Below are positions 50,268 to 60,396 of a DNA stretch of 61,317 bases, piece by piece. The position numbers and the translations under genes were made by a program. The stretch comes from Nitrosopumilus sp. Its GTDB lineage: Archaea; Thermoproteota; Nitrososphaeria; Nitrososphaerales; Nitrosopumilaceae. The notes under the pieces were generated by a model. It saw only the letters and a list, made by a program, of their open reading frames with translations, did not search any database and had not been told where the DNA came from. The stretch spans positions 1-61,317 of the forward strand of contig JAKZUU010000033.1 of NCBI GenBank assembly GCA_047516405.1, in the 5' to 3' direction. Each line of letters starts with the position of its first letter. The first letter of the stretch is position 1.

Positions 50268-50716
50268 TACTCTAATTGAGCGACCACTGATTTATATTTC
50301 CAAGTTTTGGGGATTCGTTCAATTCTTTTGTAATACACTGACAGTCTATGTACCTTGGCTTCAATTAACTCCAAAGATCTGACGTTTCTGCGATCTCCTT
50401 TGTTTGCCTTGAGATGTCTCTGAAGACTGACTGCCTTTCTAACTATGTTTTCAAGATCTTCTGGCATTTCTGGCTTCAAACCATGCTCTTCTAAAATTTT
50501 ACCCATACTTTTCTTGATAATGGGCTTAACTAAAGGAATAGAGTGCTGATCTCTTAACTTAATTCCAATTTGACTTGGTGTTAGTCCGTCTTTGGAATAC
50601 TTTACAACCAGCTCTTCAATCTCTGCAGGACTGTGCGTAATCCATGAGGGTGCACGAAGTGTAGCTGGTCTAATAGAGTGTGATTTGCCATGCCTGTGTG
50701 TGTGCATTCGTCCCAT
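50267..50716 (-). CDS. rps15: 30S ribosomal protein S15 (uS15)
   Basis: MGRMHTHRHGKSHS, IGIKLRDQH, PEDL, IEAKVHRL. Confidence 0.97.
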   Translation of the reverse strand: MGRMHTHRHGKSHSIRPATLRAPSWITHSPAEIEELVVKYSKDGLTPSQIGIKLRDQHSIPLVKPIIKKSMGKILEEHGLKPEMPEDLENIVRKAVSLQRHLKANKGDRRNVRSLELIEAKVHRLSVYYKRIERIPKTWKYKSVVAQLE

Positions 50717-50839
50717 GATTTGGATGATTGCAGAGTAAAATTAAACGTTTCTTATGCTTATTTTGTAGATTATGTTCAAATTTAAGACTAGAATAAAAGT
50801 TAAATAACTCTTTTAACTCAAGACAAGTAGGTAAACAGT

Positions 50840-51172
50840 ATGAATACAAAAGTACTATTAACGGCATCTTTAATTGCCGTCTTCGTTATTGGTCTCTCTG
50901 CAGACGATGCAATGGTATTTGCACAATACTTTGGCAATGTAGGCGATGAAGGTCAAACCGGCGCTCGTACATTAGAAGAGGCACTAAAACTTCAGGAACT
51001 TAGAGTTGACGCTGCTCTAGCAAATCCTGGCAAGGGTTCTGGAACTCCTATTCTTGATGCAGACGGTGTAGCTGGCGCTGCAATTATTGCTGGAGCCGTA
51101 TTTGGCGGTATCGCAGGTTCTTTCTTCATTAAAGGAAGATCTGGCAGATATGCAGCAATGGGCAGAGGATAA
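50840..51172 (+). CDS. Small membrane protein, candidate ammonia monooxygenase accessory subunit (AmoZ-like)
   Basis: Signal peptide, short helical domain and C-terminal TM; position next to rps15 recalled for amoYZ in Nitrosopumilaceae; gene is likely real, identity inferred. Confidence 0.5.
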   Translation: MNTKVLLTASLIAVFVIGLSADDAMVFAQYFGNVGDEGQTGARTLEEALKLQELRVDAALANPGKGSGTPILDADGVAGAAIIAGAVFGGIAGSFFIKGRSGRYAAMGRG

Positions 51173-51386
51173 AAGCACTAACTTTTCTCTTATTTTATTA
51201 TTTTTTTTCTAGTGGTTACTGTAATCTCATATTTTAGCACAAACAACTGTCCTACATAACTTAGATTGTAGGTACTGGCAACAATTCTTCAATTTTTCAA
51301 TGCCATTTTGGCGTAAGTGAGCCATGTCACACATCTAATTGCCATAAAAGAAATGTATATAACATAGCAATAGATTAAAACGTACA

Positions 51387-51656
51387 ATGATACCTATCGT
51401 AGGAAATTTCCTAAGCATTCTGTCTTCACTTACAGGACAATTAGGACCAAACTATGATCCGTTATTTTACGATGTAATGATCTACATCTTTGGGACCATG
51501 ATGTTTACAGTATTCCTTTTGGGAATTATCTCATTTTGGTTACGTGTACACGGATGGGCCTACAAAGACAATCGTGAAAAATGGGTTGACGAATTGGACA
51601 GACACTTTGAAAGAGAAGGCATCGGTCTTATTCCGGATAACGGTAAATACTGGTAA
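51387..51656 (+). CDS. Small single-TM protein, candidate ammonia monooxygenase accessory subunit (AmoY-like)
   Basis: 89 aa, one TM helix, own TATA-like TATATAA and T-rich terminator; identity inferred from size and position. Confidence 0.5.
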   Translation: MIPIVGNFLSILSSLTGQLGPNYDPLFYDVMIYIFGTMMFTVFLLGIISFWLRVHGWAYKDNREKWVDELDRHFEREGIGLIPDNGKYW

Positions 51657-51947
51657 GGTCACTTCCTTTCTTCTTTTCATTATTTTTATTATCCCTAATC
51701 CGTCTTATTTCTTGTCTCTATAATTTTATGTTTTTATGCCTAGTTAATCGACGATTTTTATAACATTCCATCTTCATTTGCAATGCCTGCTGCATGAATC
51801 ACAATACCACCGGTGTGGAATGTAAGATGCGACTTTAAATTTTTCAGAATTATACCCAAATTATAATATCATGAACAAAACATGGCTAGCAGAATCTTAT
51901 CTCTTACAACATTTGTGCCCTGTCATGTTTTTTTAAACTAATATTTA

Positions 51948-52472
51948 CTAGTTTTCTGGCGGGATGAAATCCTTGTCTTTACTTGTGTCATATGACTTTG
52001 ATGTAAACACTGCTTTGTAGTGACTTCCATCTTCCAGAAGATGATTTGTGAAATCTGTCGATTCTACATCATTGACATAAATTGTTGATTTAGTTTGATC
52101 CATATCCCGTAGAGGAAAATCCCACACCCATAAAAAGTGGCCAATCTCAAATGGATACTCTTCTTCCCATTCTGCATAAATCGTACCATCATTAGTTAAT
52201 GTGTATAACGCTCTCTGACACTGTCCGTCATTTAATCCAATATTAGCTGGTATGTCTGCCTTGTCACCGTCAATAATTAATTCCAATGTAGCTTTGATCT
52301 TGTATGGTGTTTCTTTATCCCCGACGCAAGCTTTGAGTGGATCATTTTGGCTCAATTGGCCTTGAAGTACGCTGCTTGCTACACCTACTGATATTGCAAT
52401 GATGGCCGTTATTGCAAGGAATTTTAGTGTTTTTTTCCTCTTATATGGGTCACTGGTACCAGGCCAAATCAT
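51948..52472 (-). CDS. Hypothetical membrane-anchored protein
   Basis: 174 aa, N-terminal TM, IPANIG...C..LYT...G motif. Confidence 0.7.
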   Translation of the reverse strand: MIWPGTSDPYKRKKTLKFLAITAIIAISVGVASSVLQGQLSQNDPLKACVGDKETPYKIKATLELIIDGDKADIPANIGLNDGQCQRALYTLTNDGTIYAEWEEEYPFEIGHFLWVWDFPLRDMDQTKSTIYVNDVESTDFTNHLLEDGSHYKAVFTSKSYDTSKDKDFIPPEN

Positions 52473-53258
52473 ACAGTTGAATTTGGCGATATTCTTTAAA
52501 GTCTTTTCTCTTATTCGTTTACAATCCCGTCATATTGCATTGATTTTGACGTTCTGCGTCCAAAATATGTCCTGTTAGAGGCTATCTCAATATATTGTCC
52601 TGATCTGCATTCATTGACGTGGTAATCTGCAAACATATCTGCTCAGATCTGCAATTCTAGCAACGAGTTTTTTTATTTTTCGTGTTATCCTAAAAAGATA
52701 GTCTGTAACTGCCATGTGCTGTGTCTGGAACTATACTGACAAATCACACTGTTAGTCTATAGAGATATCCTTTGCAGTATTTTTGCTTGCAGCCACACTG
52801 GTAGAAAAATCTGTGTTTTCAACTACACATCAAAAGATACATTCTAAATTTTAATATCACAACTCTTGCACTCTCTTTTTTGATCAAATTTTCAACATGC
52901 TGAATTCCTCTCTAATCTCATAGCCCTACCTACAATCTCCAAATCTATTACAAAAGCTGGAATTCGGTTAAAATATGTCACGGTATATTGAATCAATACT
53001 TGACTAGAAATACATTTTGTTTATTTATTAGATCTTATCTGTATGACAAAAAAGATCAAAACACTTTTTTTGGTTTTCTCAGATATTTTATATTTCTTAA
53101 ATCAGCGGCAACCTTTAAAAATTACTTGAATTTACCCTCTCAAATTATACCATAGATCACGTTGCAGCAACATATGAAATTAAATAAGAATTTGATTGTC
53201 TTCAGAGTTAATTTCTTTATACAAAGAATAATAAGCAAAGATTTTTAAAAAATATAGT

Positions 53259-55397
53259 TTGCTATCCAACACAAAACTTGTTTCCATTGGACGTTTTGAC
53301 CTGAAACCAAACCATATTTTAATAATAGGGGTTCTTGCTTTATCTTTTAGCATCTCCTTTCTTCTTCGTGCTCAACCTGCCGACTATGGTTTTGAGCTAA
53401 ACGAATTTGATCCTTTTTTTAATTATCGAGCGACTCAATACATGGTAGATAACGGAATAGATGCATATTTTCAATGGCATGACGATCTAAGCTGGCATCC
53501 CACAGGGAGAAATGTCTCACATAACTCTCAAGTGGTTCTTCACCTAACAGCTGCTATAACATACTGGCTGTTTGGAGGCGAAACGGATCTTTATGATTTC
53601 ACTATATTATTTCCTGCAGTCTTTGGTTCCTTATCTGCAATTGTGATCTTTGCATTGGTAAGAGTTATTGGCGGTACCACTGCTGGACTCTTTGCCGCGC
53701 TATTCTTTTCAACATCTTTAGCAATACTGGTTCGAGGTCCGCTAGGGTGGTTCAAATCTGAACCGCTGGGGCTGTTTTTAGCTCTTTTAGCAGTCTATTT
53801 GCTATTAAGCGGAATAAATTCTTACAATAAAAAGATAGCATTTGTCAAACTTATAGGGGCCGGCATTTTTACTGCATTCTCAATTTCAGCTTGGGGCGGA
53901 AATCAATTCTTTATAATTCCCATAGGATTATTTTTTGTCGCATTACCGTTTTTGAGAAACGATCATAAATTTCTCCTGTGGGCAGTTCCTCTCTTTACTG
54001 CTGTTACATTTTTGACAACCTTGGGATTTGAAAGGGCAAGTGCTGCGTTTACATTTGGGCTAGGAGGATTCACGCTGGCAGTATCTACTCTATTTTTTAT
54101 ATCCTGCATCTTAATTCAAATTAAAAGTCCAAAAAACAAGACAAGAAATAGTCTATTATTTTTACTGGTTCTTTTAATAATGGCTCCTACTGTTTTATTG
54201 ATTAACGCAGAATTTCAATTTTTACCAACTGCTAGTTACAGATACCTCAATGCTCTAAACCCGTTCCTAACTACAGAAATTCCATTGGTGGATTCAGTAT
54301 CTGAGCATGCAACAACTACATTGGAACAGTCATTTTTATTTCATTCATCTTTGATAGCGTTTGCAGGCATAGGAATCTGGCTAATATTTAAAAATCTCCA
54401 GAATAAAAATTCAAGTTTTATTAAAAATGACATGATCATATTTGCGTTAGTTTTGGGAATTATTGGCGTTTATACCGGTTCAACATTTGTTAGATTGGAA
54501 GTCTTTGGATCCGTATCTGTTATCATTTTAGCATCTTTGGGGATAACTGCATTGACAAAATACTTTTTTGCTGATCATTTAAAATCTAGTATACCTGCTA
54601 GTAAATTACTACAGTTGTCATTTATTGCAGGAATTACCATTCTTTTGGCAGTACCACTGGTGTATCCTGCAGGTTCTGAAGTGTCCAGTCTGGTCGACAT
54701 ACCTCCCACAATTCTCAACGGCGCTACATCTTATGGTGTTGTTACAAATGATTGGCTAGATGCTCTGAATTGGATTAAAAACAACACTCCTGAAGATGCC
54801 GTCATTGCGGCCTGGTGGGATTATGGTTATTGGATATCTACAATGGGTGAAAGGGCATCATTAGCGGATAATTCTACTACTCGTCTAGGCGTTATTGAAA
54901 ATATAGCCAGAATGTTCTTTGATAATCCTGACTCTGCGTGGACCACTCTTAACGAAACAGAGTCTGACTACGTTCTTATTTTTATAGCTGGCGCAAAGAT
55001 AAATCCTGATCCCTCTAACTCCATTTACAGATTAACCGGTGGTGGGGATGAATCAAAGAAACAATGGCTTATTAAAATAGCTGGATATGATGTAGCAAAA
55101 TACCTACATTCAGATGGACTCAGCGGAACTGACTATTTCCATAATGAAACTTTACTTGGACAGATGATTCCGTTTTCTTTATTGACATATGTTAATCCTA
55201 ATAATCTAAATCAGCAATCAGATGTTTTTATTCCTGGAACAGTCGGTCTGTATGCAAAAGATATCAAATATCCTTCTGATGGGGACGGGCCACTAAGGCT
55301 AGTTTATGCATCTCCTAGTTTCATTGAGGAAAAATCTGGACCTATGCTTGGAGTCTTTATTTACGAGGTCAACAAAGATTACCAGCCTTCATCTTGA
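53259..55397 (+). CDS. aglB: Oligosaccharyltransferase STT3/AglB
   Basis: EFDPFFNYR, SVSEH, WWDYG, ADN motifs; multi-TM N-terminal part. Confidence 0.95.
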   Translation: MLSNTKLVSIGRFDLKPNHILIIGVLALSFSISFLLRAQPADYGFELNEFDPFFNYRATQYMVDNGIDAYFQWHDDLSWHPTGRNVSHNSQVVLHLTAAITYWLFGGETDLYDFTILFPAVFGSLSAIVIFALVRVIGGTTAGLFAALFFSTSLAILVRGPLGWFKSEPLGLFLALLAVYLLLSGINSYNKKIAFVKLIGAGIFTAFSISAWGGNQFFIIPIGLFFVALPFLRNDHKFLLWAVPLFTAVTFLTTLGFERASAAFTFGLGGFTLAVSTLFFISCILIQIKSPKNKTRNSLLFLLVLLIMAPTVLLINAEFQFLPTASYRYLNALNPFLTTEIPLVDSVSEHATTTLEQSFLFHSSLIAFAGIGIWLIFKNLQNKNSSFIKNDMIIFALVLGIIGVYTGSTFVRLEVFGSVSVIILASLGITALTKYFFADHLKSSIPASKLLQLSFIAGITILLAVPLVYPAGSEVSSLVDIPPTILNGATSYGVVTNDWLDALNWIKNNTPEDAVIAAWWDYGYWISTMGERASLADNSTTRLGVIENIARMFFDNPDSAWTTLNETESDYVLIFIAGAKINPDPSNSIYRLTGGGDESKKQWLIKIAGYDVAKYLHSDGLSGTDYFHNETLLGQMIPFSLLTYVNPNNLNQQSDVFIPGTVGLYAKDIKYPSDGDGPLRLVYASPSFIEEKSGPMLGVFIYEVNKDYQPSS

Positions 55398-55508
55398 TCT
55401 CTTAAATGCCTTATTCTTCAACTATTGATTTTTGTGTAATATGATCTCCCAGTCCAAGATTGCAAAACTATTTGATCTTAATACTGTCAATTATCTATGA
55501 TTATCAAA

Positions 55509-56460
55509 GGCGTTGTCCAAACTTTTGATTCAAAATCAACGAAAAGCTTAAAGATCACGGATCTCGCGCTGGCTTGATGAGTAAAAAACGTGATAAAAGC
55601 ACGAAAGACAGCAAGAACAAGAAAGACAGTAATGACACGAAACACTGCAAAAGCAAGAATGCCAACGGCAAGAAATGGGAACCTCATTCAGGATACTACA
55701 AAAAATATGAGGCAAGAAGAAGGGGCGAAGGTCACGTAACTAAGTTACGGATAAAGACCCTCATTGCCCTCTTGTTTGAGATCTATTCGCCTGTCACACC
55801 CAGTGAGATACGAATGATTCCATATATGGTATGTCTTGCAGACCGAGAGTTTCACTACCATTCATACCGTCAACATGTCTCATACCTACAGGCACATCAA
55901 GGAACACTACACATGTATGGATTAAAAACCATTCATCAAAATCCTGTCTGCATCATGCGGCCACTATAATGGCAGATTATGAGTGGTTGCACAAGAGAAC
56001 TATAAGATGATCCGCAGTACTGGCAGGAGACCTGTGATCTGCACCCGCAAGAACCATGTAGTAAAGGGGTTCGGTCCAAGGGCGGAGATGCTCAGATGGC
56101 AAGAAAAGAATCCTGAAGAGTTTGAAAAGACGTACCACCAACGCAGCATAGTGGAATCGGTGTTCTCATCGCTCAAGTGCATGTTTACTGCCAGTTGTTC
56201 GCGCAAAGAAGCTGGCAACACAAAGACTGCAGCTGCTCCTCAGGTGTGTTTGCTACAACTTGTTGTCATAGTGGAACGATGCAAAAAACACGTGTTGTGT
56301 GTCTAGCATATGCTGTACAATCCTAGAACGTTTTGGCACAAGATGTACCGCATCATATCCTGCCATGGGAAAATTCCAACATATGCAGGAAATCAAAAGC
56401 AATAAAGTGCAGATAAAGTGACATCAAATAGGCCTGAAAAACTAAGATTTGGACAACGCC
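55509..56460 (+). mobile_element. Second, internally deleted IS5-family (IS903-like) copy, 952 bp
   Basis: TIR GGCGTTGTCCAAA at both ends; 9-bp direct repeat ATTATCAAA (55500-55508 and 56461-56469); homologous to the ends of 44174-47372. Confidence 0.92.
55574..56306 (+). pseudogene. IS5-family transposase remnant (N- and C-terminal parts, centre deleted)
   Basis: N-terminus matches copy 1; junction near 55992; C-terminal YHQRSIVESVFSSLK motif; frameshifts. Confidence 0.85.
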
Positions 56461-57337
56461 ATTATCAAACCATAATTAATTAACAGTGCCAATATCATGT
56501 CTTGTCTTATTGTTCCAATCTTTGAATTTTTAATTAGTTTCTTGAGATATCTTAAGATTGCCTCTAAATTAATTTTTTTAGGCAGAAACACCATTCTGTC
56601 ATTATTATGGTTTGATACATCTATGTTTCAGTAAAGATCTGCGTTATTTTGTAAATTATCAAAAATATACTGCAACTCACACATGCCAGAACAAAATACA
56701 AATTCTCTAAAATCTAAATCGAAAATTTAATTTACAATATGTCTGATAATGTTGAAGAGATTATCTTAAATGCAGATTTTGTTGATTAATTATTATGATT
56801 TTATTTTTGAACATCATTTGGCACATCAACTATATCTTATCTCTGATACTCAACATTTCCAAAATTCAGTTTATTGGCCATTCTTTATCAAGTAACATCC
56901 TGAAACAGATCTAAGAATTTGTGCCTCCATCTCTTAACAGATTGTCAGATTCCATTTTGTAAAATTTTATTAGATTGGTTCTTACTATTGATAATTACGA
57001 AAAGTATCGATAATTAGGTTTATTCTCATCTAATAATAACACCATACTTAAGATTTTTAATAGTCTATTCCTAGGTATAACAATGGCAGGAATTTTTGAC
57101 TCAATACCCATTATTACTCTAGTTATGTTTGTCTTTGGAGTAGTGGGCGTATTTGCTTACGAAAAATCACGATCAAAGACTTCTGACGAATCCAACTCTT
57201 GAGCGTTTCTCTGAAGCGTTAAAGTTCTTTGAACTATCAGTGCTGGTTCGAAAACTATTCGAAGTGTTCTGGATAACTCAACCTATCACAGATCATTACC
57301 CATTAAAAATTAATAAGCTATTCATGTTGTGTAATGT

Positions 57338-58141
57338 ATGAAAAATGAGAAAGATATAGTTGCCGGCCTAGGTGAGATCGGCATGCCTATCTTCAAGTTA
57401 TTCTCAAGATCCGGCGTTGTCGTTGGTTATGACACAAACCAGAATCTGATGAACGTAAAACAGTTTGAACTCCATTCCAGTATGAATACCAGACTTCTTC
57501 ACATTTGCATTCCATTCTCCAACCAATTTGTAACGCAAGTGGTGTCTTTGTATCGCAAATTTCTGCCAAAATGCGTTATAATTCACAGCACGGTAAGCCC
57601 ATACACGACAAAAAAATTACAGGAGAAGGTAGACATACCAGTAATATGTAGTCCTACTAGGGGCGTACACAGGCGAATGCTCTCCGATCTGAAAAAGTAC
57701 GTAAAATATTTTGCGATAGAAAAAAATGCGCCGAAGAGACTGTGGGCCACCCGACTGTATTTATCTATCATGAAACAGTGCGGCATCAAAACAAAAGCTA
57801 TGTCCGAGCCCATAGTCTTGGAACTAGCTAAGATTCTCGTTGATACCTCTTACTATGGATGGCTTGTAAACTATGCTCAGTTAAGTAACATGATTGCAAT
57901 ACAACACAAGGTAAATTATGATGAAATGTGGTCTTTTGCAGATGACATGCAAAAATATCGCCCAAAGATGTTTCCTGGATTCATTGGAGGTCACTGTGTA
58001 ATTCCAAACCTAGATTTAATCCACAATGAAACTCTTAGTATGATCAAGGAGATCAACGATATGTACCTCAAAAAGATCCCAGATGCTAGATTGATTAACA
58101 AACGATATGAGAGTTTCAAAAAACGTTCATACAATACCTAG
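57338..58141 (+). CDS. UDP-glucose/GDP-mannose dehydrogenase family protein (short form)
   Basis: GLGEIG Rossmann motif, HSTV, ELAK, GFIGGHC; lacks the C-terminal UDP-binding domain. Confidence 0.82.
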   Translation: MKNEKDIVAGLGEIGMPIFKLFSRSGVVVGYDTNQNLMNVKQFELHSSMNTRLLHICIPFSNQFVTQVVSLYRKFLPKCVIIHSTVSPYTTKKLQEKVDIPVICSPTRGVHRRMLSDLKKYVKYFAIEKNAPKRLWATRLYLSIMKQCGIKTKAMSEPIVLELAKILVDTSYYGWLVNYAQLSNMIAIQHKVNYDEMWSFADDMQKYRPKMFPGFIGGHCVIPNLDLIHNETLSMIKEINDMYLKKIPDARLINKRYESFKKRSYNT

Positions 58142-58182
58142 ACACACGTAATACAACTTATAAGATCTGCCGTGCCGTGAAC

Positions 58183-58506
58183 CTACCCAGCGACGTGTTT
58201 AGAACCTGTCTCCGTAAGGTAGTTGTGACACACGCGCCGAAGCAATCGCAGGCAATAACTACAGGGCAGAATACAAGATGTTACAAACAAGATAGGAGGG
58301 TATCTATATGCAGGATATTTCAGGGTACTGCTTTTACTCTGTCGTCTTATGGATCCGATATGATGATGGATATGCTCCAGAGGCATACAGTCAAAATCGC
58401 TAGATATTCTTTCTTCAGAAGCCACATATTCTATTTCTCCATTTCTTAAAATACATGCGCCTGTGTTATAGCCATCAATAATATCCAATACTGAAATATT
58501 GTTCAA
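58183..58506 (-). pseudogene. Carbamoyltransferase (NodU/CmcH-like) N-terminal remnant
   Basis: VLDIIDGYNTGACILRNGEIEYVASEERIS resembles the ILGxxxGHxxxA..xxGxI...EER start, followed by EHIHHH; then degenerates. Confidence 0.6.
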
Positions 58507-58576
58507 ATCACAACACTCTGACTTAATCTCTATTCATCAAACATAACCATTGAACAAATTTTAATTTTTTGTAAAG

Positions 58577-58649
58577 TAGCCCGGCCCAGACTCGAACTGG
58601 GGTCAAAGGCTCCAAAGGCCTCCATGCTTGACCGCTACACTACCGGGCT
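58577..58649 (-). tRNA. tRNA-Gln(TTG)
   Basis: Reverse complement AGCCCGGTAGTGTAGCGGTCAAGCATG-GAGGC-CTTTGGA-GCCTT-TGACCCCAGTTCGAGTCTGGGCCGGGCTA; A1-U72 typical of archaeal tRNA-Gln. Confidence 0.95.
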
Positions 58650-58684
58650 GCTCAAACTTTCACGTTTTGATTTCCATTAAAATG

Positions 58685-59725
58685 TTATTCATCAAGTGCA
58701 CTCAAAACTAATTCAAGTTTTTTTAATGGACTCTCCATACTTTTGAATTCTTTTAATGCGCGATTTTTGATTATATCTGACTTTTTATTCAAAATTTCCA
58801 AAATTAATTCGTCAAGTTTATTGATGTTATCGACTCTTACTACTAATTTTTTCTTTACTAGATATTCTTCTATAATACTTGGAATTGCATTGTATGATAT
58901 TGTTGGAATTCCTCTGAGGGCAGACTCTGCAGTCATTGTACCTCCTGAGCCTACAAAAATATCAGTCATCGCTAAAATCTCTTCACTGTCCACAGATTCT
59001 TTCAGTATAATGACACCGCCGTCTAAATTCTTTTTTAGTTGATTGATCTCTTCAGAATATCTTCCCAGCACAATCACGTTGGCATCTTTAATCTCTGAGA
59101 TCTTTTCAATTATCTTAACAATATCGACTCTCTTTTTTGCGTATGATGCACTTGACTCATACGTCCTGAACAGGATATTCTTCCTGCCTTTTTTATTAAT
59201 TTTGGGAACTGTTTTGAATTCTGCTCTCTTTTTTTGGGATATTATAAAGGCGGCATCTATTGCCTTGTATGTAATAATATTTTTTGAGGATATTCCATAT
59301 TTTGTAAATTCTTTTTTTGGAATAATCCATGGAATTAACAATTTCTGAATCAAAGGCATGGTTAATTTCATCACTGCTTCTGAATGAGGTGAATCACAAA
59401 ATGCTACATGCTTAATCTGTAGTCCATATGAAATTCTAGCAGCATCTGCTGAACAAAAACTAATTGTTACATCCGGTTTGAACTTTTCAATAATTGGCAG
59501 CAAACCTTTCATTCTATTGATATTTGCCTTTAATTTTTCAGAGTTTTTTATTCCGCCATGCTTTCCTACAACCTGCACCGCTGTTCTTCCAATTTTTACT
59601 AAATGATCTACCTCCCGATATCTTCTTGTAGTGCACAAGATTTTGTGTTTTCTTCCTAATTTTTCTGCCATTGGCTCAAAAAACAATAACTGTTTTGGCG
59701 TAAGAATATCTATCCATATTTTCAA
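58685..59725 (-). CDS. DUF354 domain protein (GT-B-like)
   Basis: MKIWIDILTPKQ, VGKHGG, GSGGTMTAESA. Confidence 0.88.
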   Translation of the reverse strand: MKIWIDILTPKQLLFFEPMAEKLGRKHKILCTTRRYREVDHLVKIGRTAVQVVGKHGGIKNSEKLKANINRMKGLLPIIEKFKPDVTISFCSADAARISYGLQIKHVAFCDSPHSEAVMKLTMPLIQKLLIPWIIPKKEFTKYGISSKNIITYKAIDAAFIISQKKRAEFKTVPKINKKGRKNILFRTYESSASYAKKRVDIVKIIEKISEIKDANVIVLGRYSEEINQLKKNLDGGVIILKESVDSEEILAMTDIFVGSGGTMTAESALRGIPTISYNAIPSIIEEYLVKKKLVVRVDNINKLDELILEILNKKSDIIKNRALKEFKSMESPLKKLELVLSALDE

Positions 59726-59779
59726 GCGACTTTCATAATTTTATCAAGTATAATAAGCCTCTCTAATTGATTTAGCATA

Positions 59780-60300
59780 TGTGGAATATGAAAAGTAGTT
59801 CCCCCTCCCACCTTATTTGACATGATATTCCTCCCCTGTTTGCTTGTCAACTACGGTTTCTCCTCTAGACGGCATCTTACGTATGAACGCATGGGCCGGA
59901 GTCTCATTCTCCCCGTCTACACCAAGAGACATGTGCGGTCTCCTGTGGTTGTACCATTCCATAAACAGATCCACGGGATCACTCTTGCGCATCATGATTG
60001 CCTCAAACTCTGGCAGCTTACGTTGAATCTTGCCGTGCAGCCTCTCCAGCTTGCCGTTGGTCTGTGGATGTCTGACGCCTGCTAAGATCTGTTTTATTCC
60101 AAGCTCGACCAGTTTTTTCTCAAAGACCGATGCCACCTTCTTCTTTGCCTCCGAGGCGTTGGCATAGAACTGGGATCCGCGGTCGGTCATTATGGATGCA
60201 GGCTTGCCGTGGTTTTTTATGGCTTCCTCAAGCACGGCCAGCGTGTTTTCGGTAGTGGCGTGCTCAAACATACCGTACCCGGTGACAAAACGTGATGCGT
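59780..60300 (-). mobile_element. IS481-family element, 3' remnant
   Basis: rve core ASRFVTGYG..., TDRGSQFY, HPQTNGKLER, YNHRRPHMSL (CDS ends 59813); probable TGT terminus at 59780; 5' part lost at the junction near 60300. Confidence 0.8.
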
Positions 60301-60396
60301 AGTACCGGCCAGTAAGATCCGCTCACTTTGGCCGCCTGCGGCATCACGTCCGTCCAAACCGAAAGGTTTTGATCGATCCTCCTATAGCAAATACAC

